Assembly (NCBI GenBank): GCA_051532035.1
Contig: JAOPTW010000015.1
Location: 218,653 to 282,652, forward strand
Direction: 5' to 3'
Source: Fibrobacterales bacterium
Lineage (GTDB): Bacteria; Fibrobacterota; Fibrobacteria; Fibrobacterales; JAOPTW01
Length of the DNA stretch: 64,000 nucleotides
A model generated the notes under the pieces. The model was not told the origin of the DNA. It ran no database searches and saw only the letters and a program-made list of their open reading frames with translations. The stretch's first letter is position 1, and every line of letters starts with the position of its first letter. Shown here one piece after another: positions 11,301-20,890 of the stretch. The translations under genes were made by a program, and so were the position numbers.

Positions 11301-12157
11301 TTAAAAAAATACGCTTCTTTCTGTAACCCTCCACTATCGGTCATAACCATTGAACACTTTTTCAATAGATCAATCATCACAAGGTATCCTACAGGATCGA
11401 TCACCATACAGTCTAATGTAATTTCATTATCCTGTATGATTTTCTGAGTTCTCGGATGCAAAGGAAGTATAACTGGACATTCATTATTTAATTCATTTAA
11501 TGCTGCAACTATATTATTTAACCGATCAATATCATCAGTATTTTCTGCTCGATGCATAGTTGCCAAAATAAATTTATCAGGTATCTGCCCCTGTAGGCGA
11601 GTAGCATACTGGCTGTAATAAAGCGCCGCATCCTGCATCACATCGCCACTATTGACAATAGTAGCGTCAATATTTTCAAACCCCTCTTTCATCAGGTTAC
11701 TCATCGCTTGTTCGGTAGGGCATAATAACAAGTCCGAGATGCGATCGGTCAAAATCCGATTTACCTCTTCGGGCATTTTCATATTGAAACTTCTTAATCC
11801 AGCTTCGACATGGGCAACTCGTATATGCATTTTTTTGGCAGCTAGGGCTCCAGCAATTGTTGAGTTAGTGTCTCCATATACAACGACCCAATCAGGTTTT
11901 TCGATTAGAAGTACTTCCTCGATTTTCTCAAGCATTTGCCCAGTCATTGCACCGTGGGCAAGGCCATGTACCCCCAGATTATATTGAGGGCGTGGGATTT
12001 TCATTTCCTCAAAAAAGATATCCGACATATTAGAATCATAGTGCTGTCCTGTATGTACTATGATTTCTCTAATACTCTCATGATTAGCTATTTCTCTACT
12101 TACAGCAGCTGCTTTTATAAATTGAGGGCGGGCCCCAACTATTGTTACAATTTTCAT
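8357..12157 (-). CDS. Fusion: non-hydrolysing UDP-GlcNAc-type 2-epimerase (WecB/WbpI-like) + TPR + two GT4 domains
   Basis: MKIVTIVGARPQFIK, HVEAGLRS, TDSGGLQKEAY; TPR-like helices; LKVREYMARGIP; DNAPLSVQEAFSQNTPVV. Confidence 0.85.
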   Translation of the reverse strand: MKIVTIVGARPQFIKAAAVSREIANHESIREIIVHTGQHYDSNMSDIFFEEMKIPRPQYNLGVHGLAHGAMTGQMLEKIEEVLLIEKPDWVVVYGDTNSTIAGALAAKKMHIRVAHVEAGLRSFNMKMPEEVNRILTDRISDLLLCPTEQAMSNLMKEGFENIDATIVNSGDVMQDAALYYSQYATRLQGQIPDKFILATMHRAENTDDIDRLNNIVAALNELNNECPVILPLHPRTQKIIQDNEITLDCMVIDPVGYLVMIDLLKKCSMVMTDSGGLQKEAYFFKKPCVTLRDETEWTELVEGGYNSLAGADRESIICSYKEMINKQLDFSTDFYGGGTAAQKIIQQLYNTVTENSINEVDHINDGLLREPYLTYKKGDYSSSIDQIMLMVREKPNYWDAYVLLSRNFWKLGQTDRAIEVMVELLKSCPDHKGANDLLAEIEGPLENAISENGTRKKLRIIVSGILHSNFPQIFKKMQSEIIGLRNAGYDAQGLVIGADKGDIDWAQFPEIIFTHFDYENRPRLEIVSDLDRLLQVAQPDVIYFRYQGREMATAEFTTLVKKHGNFVFESQTKKDKELILQNYLNHAAAEKIFGPQILHHALGIVGVSNCIMKYDLQRGDIAHSQGHLMGNGINVSEFPVRSNLLKLNREKIKLVFVGALASWHGLDRLIAGWARFPGRNAFELIVAGDGQLLDGIKQMVRQAGLSNQVTFTGWVGAQQIETFINESDIAIGSLALHRIDLDDGSTLKVREYMARGIPFVLGYQDVDVSVDLPYVLQVVATDDPIDFSEVVRFAEKLRTEKNVTANMRQYAENNMDWKPKTQDLGSFLSLCHKRRLTEVGQSVAIKPSNENLRILFVCHDFPPFRYAGAQLFALNLAKIMNATGEMVVDILHPTFRGESNKFELTQHDLEGITVYRINKEQLAYGSRYLDHPEVRLIFQNFLKKQNYDLVHIHGLGQISTAPIDVIKVAKIPMVMTLHDFWFICSNWHITTPDREICEGPESIEKCANCYGKQFGNMHKPSFVDELTTYHGERKKTFHKRFQQIDVKVAPSMYLINKFDKYGFTGVDYLSNGHQLFPVMTKKPDMKLRIGYAGQIIQRKGVHILIDAFLLLKSPNVELHIYGGGAEIEYWEILKQSTMSCSNIIWHGKYTPEMISDIFSRIDLAVIPSLMDNAPLSVQEAFSQNTPVVASDTGGVPEMVDNGVNGWLFENGSIESLARVLQVVVDDPELIEHMKQAVPKVKTIYDNASEYISIYSKLISQSVRGG

Positions 12158-12259
12158 CTTAGTCCTGTATTTGTTATCAATACACCACATAACCCTTACT
12201 AACAGTTAAGGAAATTTGAATAACATAAAAAATCTACATCGGTACTGTTTTTTTACTCA

Positions 12260-13582
12260 TTACCTCGGATTGTCACCTGAGTTTATTTTTTTTTCAAGTT
12301 CATCAAGTTTCACCGACTCCTTTAGCAACTGGAATTCGTGATAATCAGGATACTTCCTTAAAGCTTCATTTAAGGCCTGAACAACCTTAGGTAAATATTC
12401 ACACTGAATTGCAGCCATAACAACATACTTATAAAACAATAGTTCAAAGGTTATATCGTCAGGTCGATCAAAAATACTGTTAATTGTTCTATATGCCCTT
12501 AAATAATCCTGATTATCATACGCCAACACTCCTTGTGTAAGCAGAGCCCATGGTCGAGCACGGTCATCATATTTTGATTCTTCAGAGCAATCCAATGCAC
12601 AGTCTGTAAATAATTCCAATAGCTCTTGAGGATATTCATATTGCGAACAAAGCATATAACAGAAGCCTAGTTGAGATACTTGAAATTCAGACGGTATATT
12701 GTGAGTTCCCAAAAGTGATTTACTCTTAGAAACTAACTTTTCACAACGCTGGTAATTAGTATGAGATGTTGCCAATTTCATTTGACCTCTCAATGCAATT
12801 GCTTCTGCTTGATCTTCATGGGAAAGAAAATAATGAATACTTTCAACCAAATCATCAACTGTAGAATACTGAACAAAGTCCATACCTTGTATAAGAACCT
12901 GTTCACCGGTACATTTTCTACTCACTGCTAAGCACCCGCTATAGACGATATTATATAACTCAGGCGTGAATAGAGGATTGACCGGGAGATACAGTGCAAT
13001 TTTAGCCTCACCATAAAACCGAGAACTCATACCAACACATTCAACCGTTACACCCTTTTTTTTAAGAGCTTCAATTACTTCAAACGCATAAGGATTCTTA
13101 TCCTGAGTGTATCCCCCAACAAAAACAACTTCTCTATGCCTCTCTGAAAAAGGGATATCTTTCCGCGCAATCCACTCAGATGTAGCCATTGGTAAGTGTC
13201 CTACTTGATCAATGGGGAGCTTAAAAAGTGACATATCTACCTGATTTTTACAATATACCACATCAAATAATTCTGCAAAATATTTTGTCCAAAGATATTT
13301 AGTAGGCTCATTGGAAATAAATATTTTTGGAATTGGCATTTTCTCAATTCCTAAAAACAATAATGGCCTTGAGTCTTCTACTTGTATAAATATGTCAGGC
13401 TTAAATTGATTAACGTGCTCTAGCAGCTTTTCATTTGCACTTCTTGGGGTATCAAAAAAATCTACTACAATATCATCTTCATGTTTAGGAGTGAGACCTA
13501 GCCTAAAAAGTGCTATCACCCTATGACCAAGGTTACGTAAACCAACATTATATACATGCGCATTTAACGTGAGAAATGTCAT
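12260..13582 (-). CDS. CgeB-like GT-B glycosyltransferase with TPR-like C-terminus
   Basis: VVFVGG, DDLVESIHYFLSH..AEAIALRGQ...HT pattern. Confidence 0.6.
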   Translation of the reverse strand: MTFLTLNAHVYNVGLRNLGHRVIALFRLGLTPKHEDDIVVDFFDTPRSANEKLLEHVNQFKPDIFIQVEDSRPLLFLGIEKMPIPKIFISNEPTKYLWTKYFAELFDVVYCKNQVDMSLFKLPIDQVGHLPMATSEWIARKDIPFSERHREVVFVGGYTQDKNPYAFEVIEALKKKGVTVECVGMSSRFYGEAKIALYLPVNPLFTPELYNIVYSGCLAVSRKCTGEQVLIQGMDFVQYSTVDDLVESIHYFLSHEDQAEAIALRGQMKLATSHTNYQRCEKLVSKSKSLLGTHNIPSEFQVSQLGFCYMLCSQYEYPQELLELFTDCALDCSEESKYDDRARPWALLTQGVLAYDNQDYLRAYRTINSIFDRPDDITFELLFYKYVVMAAIQCEYLPKVVQALNEALRKYPDYHEFQLLKESVKLDELEKKINSGDNPR

Positions 13583-13655
13583 TTACCTGTCAATCCTTCA
13601 AATAAGTTTCTACTAGGTACATCTACCAAAACCTAAACATTACATCCTACTGTAC

Positions 13656-13683
13656 TTCTTGAAAAAAACCACCTTTTCAAGAA
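13656..13683. terminator. AT-rich hairpin, possible terminator or processing site
   Basis: TTCTTGAAAA-N8-TTTTCAAGAA between co-oriented genes. Confidence 0.4.
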
Positions 13684-13801
13684 TATACCAAAAGGAAATA
13701 TAACATATCTAGTGTGTAAAATGGCTATTTATGCCGTTTACCTCCTATCAAAAAAGACACCATATGTATTCTCAGAATTAAGACGTACTACAATTAATTT
13801 A

Positions 13802-15199
13802 CTATTGATATCGTGGAGGCTGTCTCATTGTTAAGATTTTTTGTCTCATTGCAATTATCTGGTTAGTTAATACCGTGTTAGATGCGGAATTATAAATAGA
13901 AAGAAAGGTAATACACTTATCTATAAGCCCTATAGCCTCACTTGACACGCCTTCAACTACAAGTTTTTCAACAATATTTAATAACTGTTCAATCTTGTTC
14001 GCAGGCATATATTCCTTAAAAAAGTCTGTTTCGGTATCAAGAATTGTCGACCTTTCATTATCGATTCGTATTAATTCATCTGCAACTCTTCTGCATGGTT
14101 TATACTCTTCAAGTTGCCCCACATCAAGTCCAAAATAAGACTGTAGAAACTCTCTTTGCTCTTGAGAATACGGCTTTACTCTCAGATTCTCTTTAATTTT
14201 TGATGCAACATCTTTTATACTCACACTATAATCGCTTCTAAAAAAAGCTTCTACTGGAGTAGCAATTTCTTCTACCAAAACCGCTGGCACATTCATAATC
14301 TTCGCTTCAATTGCTGAAGTCGAACCATAATGAACCAGTACTGCAGCTGTCGGTAACAACTGATCCATCGTAACATCCTTATTCGCAATAATGATATTAT
14401 CATATTCCTTTTCTAACTCTTTGAACTCTTCAAAGAGCATTGGGCAACGAGAATACTCTACAGGATGCAGCTTTATAGTAACGAGTTTTTCAGGGTTTTC
14501 AATTGCAATTTCTTTAACCATTTTTTTAAATTGCTTAACTTGAGATCTATGGTTTTTCAAAACCCTGAAAAATGTATAGAAGTCATTTTCTGCAGTTTCA
14601 GCATTAATTACATCTGAATAACTAAAGATGTGTTTGATACTATTTTCAGCATAGGCAAATGCACTTACACAGATAATATTATCTCTCATTCCCTTGACCT
14701 TCTCACTTTTTTTTGATAAGTGAACCCATTTTTCAAATAATGGATTTCCTACTGCAATAATTTGATCTTGAGACCTCAGCAATTTCTCTCGTATAAGGAT
14801 CTGATCAGCATATCCCTTTTGGACAGCTCCCCAATGAAACGCAAAAGAGACCAAAGAAGTATCATGCTTTGTTACTCGAATAAATGCTCTCTGTAACTGC
14901 TCTGTATTGCCATTTTGCCACAATATCAAACCTTCTGGCGGTATTGTCACAATATGACACTCCGTTACAAATTTTATGAAATATGCTATTTGTGCACAAT
15001 GGGGTACAAAAACAGGAGACATCAATATTGTTGACGGATTAAATTTGACAAGTTTCAGAGGTAAATCTTCATCAAGTATTGTTGCCAGTATTACTACACA
15101 TCCTGACTGCTCTAAATATCCTTGAATTCTTTCAGAATATTCTTTTTCTCGTGTTGCATAGGTCATCAATATGGCAATTCTTTTTTGAGGTACACTCAT
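13802..15199 (-). CDS. Surface carbohydrate biosynthesis protein (GT-B-like; possible nonulosonate transferase)
   Basis: FHWG, VGNP, KLHP.E, HYGSTSAIEA motifs; start at MSVPQ overlaps the upstream stop. Confidence 0.55.
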   Translation of the reverse strand: MSVPQKRIAILMTYATREKEYSERIQGYLEQSGCVVILATILDEDLPLKLVKFNPSTILMSPVFVPHCAQIAYFIKFVTECHIVTIPPEGLILWQNGNTEQLQRAFIRVTKHDTSLVSFAFHWGAVQKGYADQILIREKLLRSQDQIIAVGNPLFEKWVHLSKKSEKVKGMRDNIICVSAFAYAENSIKHIFSYSDVINAETAENDFYTFFRVLKNHRSQVKQFKKMVKEIAIENPEKLVTIKLHPVEYSRCPMLFEEFKELEKEYDNIIIANKDVTMDQLLPTAAVLVHYGSTSAIEAKIMNVPAVLVEEIATPVEAFFRSDYSVSIKDVASKIKENLRVKPYSQEQREFLQSYFGLDVGQLEEYKPCRRVADELIRIDNERSTILDTETDFFKEYMPANKIEQLLNIVEKLVVEGVSSEAIGLIDKCITFLSIYNSASNTVLTNQIIAMRQKILTMRQPPRYQ

Positions 15200-16428
15200 A
15201 CTAAATCCTCCATACTCCCCCATGGGGTCTCTATTCGAGAATCCAACCTCTTAAAAACATCCAATATTGATTTAATTAAACTACTACCTTCAGGAAAATT
15301 TTTTGCAGTGTCATGCAATACAGTATATGCCATGAGCTTGGTATCTTCTTCTTCCCATAAACACAAACTCAATAATACATACCCTAAAATATTTTTTGGC
15401 TCATTTTTTAAAATAACCATCAACTCTTTTCTTGCCGTAGAGTAATCATGTGATTTTATTTTCAGATGAATATTTATCAAATCACCTTTTAATAATTTCT
15501 CAATAGAGTCTAAAACACTCTGTGGAATAAACTGCTTAACTTCATATACATACTTATACAAATAATCATCAGCTGTTTTATTACCTAATTTTATAGAAGG
15601 TACTCTTAAGGGAAATGAGACGGTTTGAACAGCTGGAAACATTTGTGGGCCATCAGTCAGGCGCCGAGGCTTTGTATTGATATCACTGATGCTCACTAAA
15701 TTTACACATGGTATGATTACCAATCCACCATTTAATAATATAGCTGCTACCCATGAATAATCCCATAAATCAAACTTAGACCAATACGCTCTCACAATTT
15801 TATCAATCCACATTTCATCAACAAACACATCATGTGTCAGCCTCGGTATTTTGCCATTATAGGAGTAGAAATTTTTCTCAATATATTCGTTAGCTGAAGG
15901 AATTACATTCCACGACTCTTTCCAGGTTGCCCACCCAACATGATGATTAATTTGAGAGAAATAATAGCTTGAACCATTATCACACCGCGAATCTTTTTGG
16001 AAATTATTCCCCGATATACTCATAACCCGTGAGTCATCTTTATAAGTAACTAAACATTCATGAGCAAACTGAAACCAACTCACATCACATAAGCAATTTG
16101 ATTCCATTATTATACCCATATTTTCATGTTCAAAAAACCAGTCTATTGAAGACAATACAGCCTCTCTATACCCAACAGGCCTATTTATACTATGTATAAA
16201 TACTTCACATCCCCAATCAAGTAACCCAAATAAAGTGTCACGTTCATCTTGCAGCACCTTACTCTCTATTTCACCAAGGTCTGTGGGCAATCCATCACTC
16301 GCAACATATACTTTAGAACAGCAACTTTCTCTCATTGCATTAATTAATTCAATACAATTATTTGATTCACTTAAAACAAACAGCAAAACTGGAGAAGTAT
16401 TTTTATCTATTTTTTTAATTTCTATCAT
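15196..16428 (-). CDS. HlpA-like nucleotide-diphospho-sugar transferase (GT-A) with C-terminal TPR; acidic motif degenerate
   Basis: VYVASDG, SIDWFFEHE, VMSISGNNF, GWATW, WDYSW, NLVS; GIIMESN where GIILEDD is typical. Confidence 0.65.
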   Translation of the reverse strand: MIEIKKIDKNTSPVLLFVLSESNNCIELINAMRESCCSKVYVASDGLPTDLGEIESKVLQDERDTLFGLLDWGCEVFIHSINRPVGYREAVLSSIDWFFEHENMGIIMESNCLCDVSWFQFAHECLVTYKDDSRVMSISGNNFQKDSRCDNGSSYYFSQINHHVGWATWKESWNVIPSANEYIEKNFYSYNGKIPRLTHDVFVDEMWIDKIVRAYWSKFDLWDYSWVAAILLNGGLVIIPCVNLVSISDINTKPRRLTDGPQMFPAVQTVSFPLRVPSIKLGNKTADDYLYKYVYEVKQFIPQSVLDSIEKLLKGDLINIHLKIKSHDYSTARKELMVILKNEPKNILGYVLLSLCLWEEEDTKLMAYTVLHDTAKNFPEGSSLIKSILDVFKRLDSRIETPWGSMEDLV

Positions 16429-16441
16429 TAAATCCCATGTC

Positions 16442-17770
16442 CTAAGTCAATCTTTTAAAACCAGCTACTGAAGGCGACCCCTCCAATTTAGATGATAAAG
16501 TACCACTCTTTATTGCGCCACTCAGACAAGAAAACACCTCAGTTACAGCATTAGAATATCGATTAACATCATCTTCACTATGCGCATACATCGAATAAAA
16601 ACTCGTACTTGCTAAAAAATTTTTTTTCAACATTTCCTGAACAAAAAAAGCTTTAGCCTCTAAGGGCGAATCACACTCAAATGTAAAATGAGATAGTGGA
16701 GGAATTCCACCAACGGTAACATCTATCCCACTTTTATTTGACGCACTCTTCCATGCATTCTGAACCTTTGTTCCAATAGCAACCAAATGCTCACTTACAT
16801 TACATCTTTCGAATTTGGTAATAGTCGCTATTGCCGCAGCAAACCCAACTCGCTCTGTCCAGTTTGTGCTACTAATAAATGTTTTTTGGGCCGATTCCAT
16901 AACATTCCCTTTACCAACTATCGCCCCAATTGCGTACCCGTTACCTATACCTTTGGAAAATACAGCAATATCAGGCTCAACACCAAGCTTGAGATGTGCA
17001 CCGCCAGAATTCAATCTAAATCCTGCTGAAATCTCATCAACAATAAATACAATCCCAAATGTATCAGCAAGAGCACGTACTTTTTGTAGAAAATTATTTT
17101 CAGGAGCGGCCCCTCTAATTGGCTCCATAACAATAGCCCCTAACTCATCACCATGCTGTTCAATTATTTTTTCAAGTTCTTCTATATGATTATACCTAAA
17201 AGGAAAAGTGGTTCCTTTTAAACTCCGCGGAACCCCTAATGGCTCAAGCCCCGACAATAGATGCTCTCCTAGCGCATTTTCAGTACCAACATTTGCAGAC
17301 AAGTACCAATCATGCCAGCCGTGATACCCACAAAATGCAATATTATCCTTCCCTGTATGAGCACGAGCAATACGAACCGCAACACTCATGGCCTCGCCCC
17401 CAGTGCGAGTAAAGCGACACATGTGAGACCAAGGGTGAATTGAACACAACAATTCAGCAAGCTCTACCTCTTCTGCACAATTAAGTGAGGTAGCCACTCC
17501 AGCATCAATGGCCAGTTTAACAGCTGTATCTACATCAGAATCTGCATACCCTAGTACCGTCGCTCCAATGCCCCCAATTGACATATCAGTATACTCATTC
17601 CCATCTAAATCCCATACCTGAACACCTTTTGCTTTCGAAAAGTAACCAGGCCATACCCCCCAGCTAAATTGATCAGGTCTTTTCGACAGAAGTTGACATA
17701 ACCCTGGTATTATTTGTTTTGCCTTTTCCTGAAGTTTAAATGATTTTTCAATTTTTGAATGTTTCACCAC
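16442..17770 (-). CDS. Class III PLP aminotransferase (GSA-aminomutase-like, sugar cluster type)
   Basis: WDLDGNEYTD, TGGEA, GYHGWHDW, DEISAGFR, FSKGIGNG. Confidence 0.85.
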   Translation of the reverse strand: MVKHSKIEKSFKLQEKAKQIIPGLCQLLSKRPDQFSWGVWPGYFSKAKGVQVWDLDGNEYTDMSIGGIGATVLGYADSDVDTAVKLAIDAGVATSLNCAEEVELAELLCSIHPWSHMCRFTRTGGEAMSVAVRIARAHTGKDNIAFCGYHGWHDWYLSANVGTENALGEHLLSGLEPLGVPRSLKGTTFPFRYNHIEELEKIIEQHGDELGAIVMEPIRGAAPENNFLQKVRALADTFGIVFIVDEISAGFRLNSGGAHLKLGVEPDIAVFSKGIGNGYAIGAIVGKGNVMESAQKTFISSTNWTERVGFAAAIATITKFERCNVSEHLVAIGTKVQNAWKSASNKSGIDVTVGGIPPLSHFTFECDSPLEAKAFFVQEMLKKNFLASTSFYSMYAHSEDDVNRYSNAVTEVFSCLSGAIKSGTLSSKLEGSPSVAGFKRLT

Positions 17771-17813
17771 AATAGCCTCTATACTAATTGTATCACTTAC
17801 AAGTTATTCTTCA

Positions 17814-18578
17814 CTACTGCAAGTCATCTGTTTGCTTTTTTTTATCAATTTCTAAACCGTCATTTCGTTTAAAACAATTATTTATTTCGAGTAATTCAGG
17901 CTGTTCCCGTATCAATTTGAGTATATCAGAGAAACCAAATTCCTCATTACCCTTATATAATGCTTGAAATATTTTTGAAACAAAAACGAAATCTTCTGGC
18001 TCATCAACAGTCCAACGCATTGATGAATAATCTATTGAATGCTTAATATCACCAATCTTAAAACAAGCTCTGTTATTATATACATATTGAGTTACATGTT
18101 CTCTCTCTAATTGTAATTGCGCCTGTCTCCACATTGTTGTAAGCGTGCTGTAACTAAATACTTCTACATCAAGCCCATCTGGATACGTCGGCTCAATTGC
18201 ATTGGATGCATAATCTAATCCAGCGCCTTGATAGTACGCAATAAGCTTATCAATAATTTCAGGGTCAATAAGAGGACAATCACCTGTTAATCGAACGACA
18301 TGTAAAGGGTTATACACTGATGCACACTGATAAAATCTATCAAGGACATCATCTAATGAACCACGAAAACAATCGACTCCAACCATCTGACACATCTGCT
18401 CTAAAGCATCATCACTCATATCCTCACTTGTCGCAACAACTAAATGATCGATATTTTCTGATCTCTGTATTCGTTCAATTTGGTGTAGAATCATTGGTTT
18501 ACCCAAGATTTTTTTGAGTACCTTTCCGGGCAATCTACGAGAAGATGTTCTCGCTTGTAACACCGCCAATACATCCAT
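17814..18578 (-). CDS. spsF: SpsF/PseF-like cytidylyltransferase
   Basis: QARTSSRRLPGKVL, GSLDDVLDRF, RLTGDCP, REHVT, RWTVDEPED. Confidence 0.85.
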   Translation of the reverse strand: MDVLAVLQARTSSRRLPGKVLKKILGKPMILHQIERIQRSENIDHLVVATSEDMSDDALEQMCQMVGVDCFRGSLDDVLDRFYQCASVYNPLHVVRLTGDCPLIDPEIIDKLIAYYQGAGLDYASNAIEPTYPDGLDVEVFSYSTLTTMWRQAQLQLEREHVTQYVYNNRACFKIGDIKHSIDYSSMRWTVDEPEDFVFVSKIFQALYKGNEEFGFSDILKLIREQPELLEINNCFKRNDGLEIDKKKQTDDLQ

Positions 18579-18579
18579 A

Positions 18580-19470
18580 TCAGCTCCACAATGCTGGGTT
18601 AGTTATTCTTTCATCTATATAAGGTTTAATTTCGGAGTATATTGATTGTATTTCTTGACGTGTAAAAGGATCAACGGAATAGATATCACCATTTTTTGAT
18701 GCTTGTTTTGCAGTATCAGCCCCAATGACAACAGAACAATCGAGCCCTCGAGCAAATTTTAAACACATAGTAAATGGTGAATAGTTATACTCATTACATA
18801 TTCCATGCCACCTTTTTAACGCTTCAACCGCGAAAGGCAATCTCCTTTGGGCCTTTTCAATATCCATAAGTAATAACCCTTGTAAAAATATACTTCGGAC
18901 AAACACCTGTTTCCTTTTTTTAGAAGCTTCTTCCAGCCACCCATCAATTAATAATTCAGGAGAAAAAAAGTTACACGGCACTTGAATTAATTCCATATCA
19001 TCATTCTCAAGAACACCTGCAAACTCTTCTATACTATATAGTGAAACACCGATCTTGTTAATAATGCATTTATCAACAAGCTTTTTCATTTCACTGCCTA
19101 AACCCTTCCCCCAGCACTGTAACCATGAATATCGATGTAACATCATGCCATAAAGAGTTTCACTTCTCAGTCTAGCTAATGACCGTCCTACTTCAAATTC
19201 TAGCCACTCTTCCGCATTAAATGGATCAAAATGTGGAGAGACCTTACTGATCACCTGTACTTCACCAAGAATACCTGCCTGTGACAATGCTGCCCCAAGA
19301 ACCGACTCACTCTCTCCATACCCTTGTGCAGTATCAAAATAGCGTGCACCAGCTCTCCATGCGTCTAATACTATTTCATGAGCATTCTTTTGACTTGGCC
19401 TTCCACCTTCATTTGCAATACCATATTCTAGACCAAGCTGAGCTGTTCCTAACACATACTCTGTCTTCAT
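18580..19470 (-). CDS. Aldo/keto reductase
   Basis: LGTAQLG..YG, FDTAQGYG.SE, IGVSLY, RSIFLQG. Confidence 0.85.
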   Translation of the reverse strand: MKTEYVLGTAQLGLEYGIANEGGRPSQKNAHEIVLDAWRAGARYFDTAQGYGESESVLGAALSQAGILGEVQVISKVSPHFDPFNAEEWLEFEVGRSLARLRSETLYGMMLHRYSWLQCWGKGLGSEMKKLVDKCIINKIGVSLYSIEEFAGVLENDDMELIQVPCNFFSPELLIDGWLEEASKKRKQVFVRSIFLQGLLLMDIEKAQRRLPFAVEALKRWHGICNEYNYSPFTMCLKFARGLDCSVVIGADTAKQASKNGDIYSVDPFTRQEIQSIYSEIKPYIDERITNPALWS

Positions 19471-20492
19471 TCAATACAATCCCAACTAAAAGGAGTACCT
19501 TTTTTACAGGACCCTGCGGATCTTTTTCCCAATATTTCGTTAAGATGACGTGGGTGCAACCCATGCCCCGGCCGTACCGATCGAACATTTTCCTCTGTAA
19601 ATAGAGAACCTTTATCAACATCTTCAGCTATCCACAACGATTTTCTTCCAACTTTGATAGCACTCTCTGATTTTGTAGGTTCGTACATAACAGAACCTTT
19701 TGCTTTTTCAGTAACTCTTATAGCTTGCACCATATCCTGAAACTCTTTTGGTTCTAATGAAAATTTACTATCCACTCCTTCCACTGCTCTACTGAGACAA
19801 AAGTGTTTTTCAACAATAGTTGCACCTAATGCAACTGCAGTTATAGGTACTGCAAGCTCTAGTGAATGGTCCGACAAACCCACCGAACACCCATACCGCT
19901 CCTTCATGTTTGGGATAGTCATTAAATTCATATTATCTGGCGTTGCAGGGTATGCACTTGTACACTTCAGCAATGCTATTTCTGGGCATCCATTATTCTT
20001 TAGTATTTGAATTGCCTCTTCAATTTCTGATATGGTACCCATCCCTGTTGACATAATTACAGGTTTTCCCGTTGATGCAATTTTTTCAAGCAATGGTACA
20101 TCAATCAATTCAGGTGAAGCAACCTTGTAAAACGGCACATCTAGTTCTTCTAAAAAATCTACCGCTGTTGAATCAAAAGGTGATGAGAAAAAATCAATTT
20201 CAAGTTGAACAGCTAAATCTTTGAGCTTTGACTGCCATTCCCAGGGTGTACTTGCTTTTTTATAAAGCTCATACATAGTCTTCCCATCCCAGAGAGTCCC
20301 ACCTTTGATTCTAAAATAGTCATTATCGCAGTCTAGAGTTAAAGTGTCAGCTGTATACGTCTGAATTTTTATCGCATCAGCACCTGCTTTTTTTGCTGCA
20401 ACCATTATATCTACTGCATTTTGATATTCACCATTATGATTACCAGACATTTCAGCAATTATATACGCTCTTTTTTCATATGCCTCAAACAT
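19467..20492 (-). CDS. pseI: Pseudaminic acid synthase
   Basis: IIAEMSGNHNG, KIQTYTADT, TPWEW, KCTSAYP, GLSDH, EKHF, C-terminal SAF domain (RPGHGLHP). Confidence 0.9.
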   Translation of the reverse strand: MFEAYEKRAYIIAEMSGNHNGEYQNAVDIMVAAKKAGADAIKIQTYTADTLTLDCDNDYFRIKGGTLWDGKTMYELYKKASTPWEWQSKLKDLAVQLEIDFFSSPFDSTAVDFLEELDVPFYKVASPELIDVPLLEKIASTGKPVIMSTGMGTISEIEEAIQILKNNGCPEIALLKCTSAYPATPDNMNLMTIPNMKERYGCSVGLSDHSLELAVPITAVALGATIVEKHFCLSRAVEGVDSKFSLEPKEFQDMVQAIRVTEKAKGSVMYEPTKSESAIKVGRKSLWIAEDVDKGSLFTEENVRSVRPGHGLHPRHLNEILGKRSAGSCKKGTPFSWDCIE

Positions 20493-20890
20493 AAAACCTT
20501 TTATTCTTCAATAGTTCACAAAACAAATGACAACAGGAGTCCCCTAACAAATCATTATATTCATCAATATTACATTAGTATTGCACTGAGATTGATTAGA
20601 AATAATATACATTATTTCAAAACTTGCACGAGAACCAATTCGGTTGTGCCCTCGTTCTAATCTAATGACACACTCTACCCTTAATCATACATTACTTTAA
20701 GCCCACTCCTACATATTCTTGACCACTACCTATCGATCAATTCCATTTATATGTATTAAATTATTTCACCCTCTCATTACATACACTCTTTTTATACTAA
20801 CCATTAATAATTAGTGTTTTTACCCAAAAGCCATTAAGAATGTTTTTATTTTCTGTAAGTGCATGTTTACCCAAAAAAGACACTAGTGAA

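Noticed and set aside
16442..17770. hemL (tetrapyrrole synthesis)
   Set aside because: GYHGWHDW subtype and position next to spsF and pseI point to a sugar-pathway paralog.
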